This document shows, piece after piece, positions 62,725 to 64,000 of a stretch of DNA of 64,000 bases. Position 1 is the first letter of the stretch; each line of letters starts with the position of its first letter. This stretch comes from Macrostomum lignano (Eukaryota): assembly GCA_002269645.1 (NCBI GenBank), contig NIVC01000500.1, positions 229,561 to 293,560 of the forward strand, given 5' to 3'. A program made the translations under genes and the position numbers. The notes beneath the pieces were generated by a model that searched no databases, was not told the origin of the DNA, and was given only the letters and a program-made list of their open reading frames with translations.

Positions 62725-63173
62725 TAGAGATGGGATCTCAATCTTTGCCGGATGGGATCTCAATCTGTGACAGATGGGATCTCAATCTGTGACAGATAGG
62801 ATCTCAATCTGTGCCGGATGGGATCTCAATCTGTGACAGATAGGATCTCAATCTGTGCCGGATGGGATCTCAATCTGTGACAGATGGGATCTCAATCTAT
62901 GACAGATAGGATCTCAATCTGTGCCGGATGGGATCTCAATCTGTGACAGATGGGATCTCAATCTTTGCCGGATGGGATCTCAATCTATGACAGATACGAT
63001 CTCAATTTGTGCCGGATGGGATCTCAATCTGTGACAGATGGGATCTCAATCTGTGCCGGATGGGATCTCAATCTTTGCCGGATGGGATCTCAATCTGTGC
63101 CGGATGGGATCTCAATCTGTGCCGGATGGGATCTCAATCTGTGCCGGATGTGATCTCAATCTGTGCCGGATGG
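62725..63173. repeat. 22-bp minisatellite (GATGGGATCTCAATCTGTGCCG)
   Basis: Tandem units; cut off by the LTR. Confidence 0.95.
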
Positions 63174-63370
63174 TGTAATTGCCTCGCAATATTATTATCA
63201 ATTTGTTCTAAATAGGCGAGTGAGTTATATTATAAATGTACATCTTGTGTCGCATGAGTCATGTACGCCGTACGCGTAAAACCTCAAATATATATATCGC
63301 TAACCTGGCCAGTTAGGGCCCCATGCTTGATTTTCTCGCTCAGCTTAACACGCGGCCTTGAGACTTTACA
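63174..63370 (+). mobile_element. 5' LTR of a Ty3/gypsy element (197 bp)
   Basis: Begins TGTAA and ends TTACA (inverted termini); followed by a PBS and gag. Confidence 0.85.
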
Positions 63371-63371
63371 G

Positions 63372-63383
63372 TGGCGTCGCAAG
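63372..63383 (+). promoter_or_regulatory. Primer-binding site TGGCGTCGCAAG
   Basis: TGG (complementary to tRNA CCA) 1 nt after the LTR. The primer tRNA is not identified. Confidence 0.75.
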
Positions 63384-63407
63384 CAAGCCCACTTTGTCCA
63401 GTCACTC

Positions 63408-64000
63408 ATGGCTCAATTCATCTCACTGCCACCCCCTGAGCAATTCAGCACTAGTGCAGATCAACAGAATGCCGGTAAACGCTGGAACAAATGGTCCGAT
63501 CATTTTGTGACTTTATCGAAGCGTCAGGCATCAAAGACGAAACTCAGAAGTGCAAGCTCCTGGCCTACACGGCCGGCAGAGAAATCGCGGAAATCATTAA
63601 AGACCTGCCAGATGACAAGAAAGACAGCCTCAAAACTCTGCTCGCAGCAATAAAGAGCACTTCAAGGAGCGCAACAACATCGTATTTGGCCGCTATCAGT
63701 TTCGTCTATGCGTTCAGCAAACCGGAGAGCCAGTGGACTCCTGGTACTCCCGACTCAACTCAGCGGCCGAGACATGCGAGTTCTCAGCACTCAAGGACTC
63801 CCTAATCAGAGATCAGATAGTGGCGACATGCTGCTCCGATAAACTTCGGCGAAGATTGCTGCAGGAGTCCAACATCTCTCTCGGCGATGCGTTGAGACAA
63901 GCGCGCGCGTTTGAAGCAGCAGAAGAGCAGGCCACGGCCATTGAGAACTCCAGTAGCATCGCAGCAGTGCACAGAGCGGCACGAAGCAGTTCAGAGACAG
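63408..64000 (+). mobile_element. gag: Ty3/gypsy gag with two 1-nt frameshifts, running off the window
   Basis: PPPEQF..KRWNKW, RYQFRLCVQQTGEPVDSWYSRL..AETCEF, LIRDQIV, LRRRLLQE, LGDALRQARAFE. Confidence 0.9.

Noticed and set aside
41-64000. Functional tRNA or rRNA genes
   Set aside because: Only SINE-type or degenerate tRNA-like heads were seen; no complete cloverleaf or rRNA signature.

Overview
Repeat-rich metazoan genomic DNA, with GT-AG introns, GC-rich exons in AT-rich or repetitive introns, TTAGGG repeats and one 170-N gap. The style resembles the flatworm Macrostomum; this is an inference I cannot confirm. Splicing by eye gives seven gene models with phase-consistent junctions: (1) the 3' end of an EFCAB7-like gene (+); (2) a 4-exon, 275-aa orphan with three AKAP-like helices (-, 4813-7995); (3) RCC2 (+, 542 aa); (4) a tentative 3-exon gene with a PKI-like RRNAMHD pseudosubstrate (+); (5) an RTP-type zf-3CxxC gene (-, 331 aa); (6) Mut-7/EXD3 exonuclease (-, 5' end missing); (7) a nested antisense single-TM, Cys-rich gene inside an EXD3 intron. 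Mobile DNA: a tRNA-SINE, two non-LTR fragments, a 3.9-kb TIR element carrying a satellite, a foldback-like element whose 177-bp-array arms enclose an RTE, two related hAT-type MITEs, a 500-bp palindrome, and a Ty3/gypsy 5' end inside EXD3. About 30 tandem arrays fill introns and spacers and produce most long ORFs in the supplied track, which are artefacts. Protein family calls come from remembered motifs, not database searches.
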